The notes beneath the pieces are model-generated. The model did not search any database and was not told the origin of the DNA. It saw only the letters and a program-made list of their open reading frames with translations. Source: Chitinivibrionales bacterium (GTDB lineage Bacteria; Fibrobacterota; Chitinivibrionia; Chitinivibrionales; WJKA01). From it: DNA of 64,000 nucleotides. The DNA lies in assembly GCA_014728215.1 (NCBI GenBank), contig WJLZ01000133.1:13129-77128 (forward strand), read 5' to 3'. Below are positions 62,844 to 64,000 of the stretch, piece after piece; within the stretch, counting starts at the first letter, position 1; every line of letters starts with the position of its first letter. The position numbers were made by a program, and so were the translations under genes.

Positions 62844-63133
62844 TGAGAAAAAGTAAGCCGGAGTCAATAACGCAAATCCTGAATTCGTTTTTATCCGAAC
62901 AAGGCTATCTAACCGCATGCAGAGAGTATGACGTTGTGCGCATGTGGCCCGAGATCGTAGGAGAAAAGATTGCAGAGAATACCCAATGCACAAGGGCTGA
63001 GGATGGTGTCTTGTATGTCCGTGTCCCCTCTGCAGCCTGGAGGCAGGAAATTAGCTATTTAAAAAAGGAGATCCTGGACAAAATCGAAGAAAAGTCCGGA
63101 TGCTCCTCAATAAAGGAAATAATATTTTATTAA
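62840..63133 (+). CDS. DUF721 (DciA-like) domain-containing protein
   Basis: The ATG at 62840 overlaps the recF stop (ATGA). The motif W..IVGE.IA..T.......G.L.V.V.S.AW..E....K..I is typical of the small gene found between recF and gyrB. Confidence 0.78.
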   Translation: MMRKSKPESITQILNSFLSEQGYLTACREYDVVRMWPEIVGEKIAENTQCTRAEDGVLYVRVPSAAWRQEISYLKKEILDKIEEKSGCSSIKEIIFY

Positions 63134-63154
63134 CCCGTTCAGAGGTTACCATTT

Positions 63155-64000
63155 ATGAGCAATTTTGAATACAGTGCAGAAAACATCAAGACACTGAAGG
63201 GGCTCGATGCAGTCCGGAAACGGCCCGCCATGTATATCGGCAGCACCGGCGTACAGGGCCTTCACCACCTGGTTTTTGAAGTCGTTGATAATTCAATCGA
63301 TGAAGCGCTCGCCGGCTATGCAACGAAAGTCGATGTTGTCATTCATAAGGACAATTCGGTCACCGTTGTTGATGATGGTCGTGGTATTCCGGTAGGACAT
63401 CACAGCGAGGCCCAGATGTCGGCGCTTCAGCTGGTTATGACAACCCTTCATGCCGGTGGAAAGTTCGACAACTCCTCCTATAAAGTGTCCGGCGGACTCC
63501 ATGGTGTCGGTGTGTCCTGTGTAAATGCGCTTTCAATCCATCTGGAAGTCGAAGTCAGTCTTGATGGTAAAGTCCATTTCATGAGGTTCGAAAACGGTGT
63601 TCCGGTTTCGGACATAAAGGTGACAGGGGAAACCGATAAGCGCGGGACAAAAATAACTTTCAAGCCGGATCCCGCCATATTTGAAACTACCGAGTACAGC
63701 TTTGATGTCCTTTCCAAAAGATTGCGTGAGCTTGCTTTTCTCAATAAGGGCGTTCGTATAACGATAAACGATGATCGTGTTGAGGATAAAAAGCACGATT
63801 TCTGTTATCCCGGTGGGCTGATCTCCTTTGTGCAGTTTCTCGATGAAAATAAAACACCGCTTCATCACGAGCCGATCTATTTCCAGAAGGGTATCGAGAA
63901 AATCGAAATTGAGATCGCCATGCAGTATAACGATTCGTATGCCGAAAACCTTTTTTCCTTTGCCAATAATATCAACACGATCGACGGCGGCACGCATTTA
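63155..64000 (+). CDS. gyrB: DNA gyrase subunit B, N-terminal 282 codons (continues beyond the right window edge)
   Basis: Not in the ORF track because there is no stop codon inside the window. The translation reads MSNFEYSAENIKTLKGLDAVRKRPAMYIGSTGVQGLHHLVFEVVDNSIDEALAGY...DDGRGIPV...GGKF...YKVSGGLHGVG. Confidence 0.95.
   Translation, partial: MSNFEYSAENIKTLKGLDAVRKRPAMYIGSTGVQGLHHLVFEVVDNSIDEALAGYATKVDVVIHKDNSVTVVDDGRGIPVGHHSEAQMSALQLVMTTLHAGGKFDNSSYKVSGGLHGVGVSCVNALSIHLEVEVSLDGKVHFMRFENGVPVSDIKVTGETDKRGTKITFKPDPAIFETTEYSFDVLSKRLRELAFLNKGVRITINDDRVEDKKHDFCYPGGLISFVQFLDENKTPLHHEPIYFQKGIEKIEIEIAMQYNDSYAENLFSFANNINTIDGGTHL

Overview
This is a 64-kb chromosomal segment from a diderm (Gram-negative-type) bacterium. 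I can support about 47 protein-coding genes. By eye I found no rRNA, tRNA or CRISPR array. All family calls come from reading motifs in the translations, because no searches could be run.

Gene content suggests an FCB-group, Fibrobacterota-like organism, but this is inference only. The relevant genes are a TIGR02147/DUF4423-type regulator, a pair of OmpA proteins with thrombospondin type-3 (TSP3) repeats, and a secreted S8 protease with a FlgD-Ig-like tail.

Layout:
- 1-22 kb: housekeeping and envelope genes. These are a partial sulfotransferase, DUF2294, an accD-accA-(5S carboxyltransferase/BCCP fusion) operon, HDOD, two tandem TSP3-OmpA paralogs, an S8 peptidase, a large outer-membrane (OM) barrel candidate, a TPR lipoprotein, LpoB-like plus a partner lipoprotein, and AsmA.
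- 22-34.3 kb: a signalling island rich in intergenic repeats. It holds a CheB-CheR-PAS fusion, an IS200-like Y1 (RAYT-type) transposase flanked by inverted REP-like repeats, a PAS histidine kinase, a DUF4160/DUF2442 pair, a translationally coupled kaiC-kaiB-histidine kinase operon, and a divergent Ser/Thr kinase. No receiver domain is present in this island.
- 34.5-49 kb: M48 peptidase, unknown secreted proteins, amidohydrolase, yajC, def, SpoIID/LytB, trkH-trkA, a RarA protein with a long C-terminal extension, dtd, and a small OM barrel.
- 49-54 kb: a TIGR02147-type regulator coupled to two CBM9-like secreted paralogs.
- 54.8-61.5 kb: a compact seven-gene operon, rex - Cache/HAMP histidine kinase - NuoF-like - NuoE-like - three receiver-only response regulators.
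- 61.7-64 kb: recF - DUF721 - gyrB (partial).

The most unusual candidates are the Rex/kinase/NuoFE/triple-receiver operon, the KaiC (coiled-coil tail)-KaiB-kinase module, and the REP/RAYT-associated repeat families that bracket the signalling genes.
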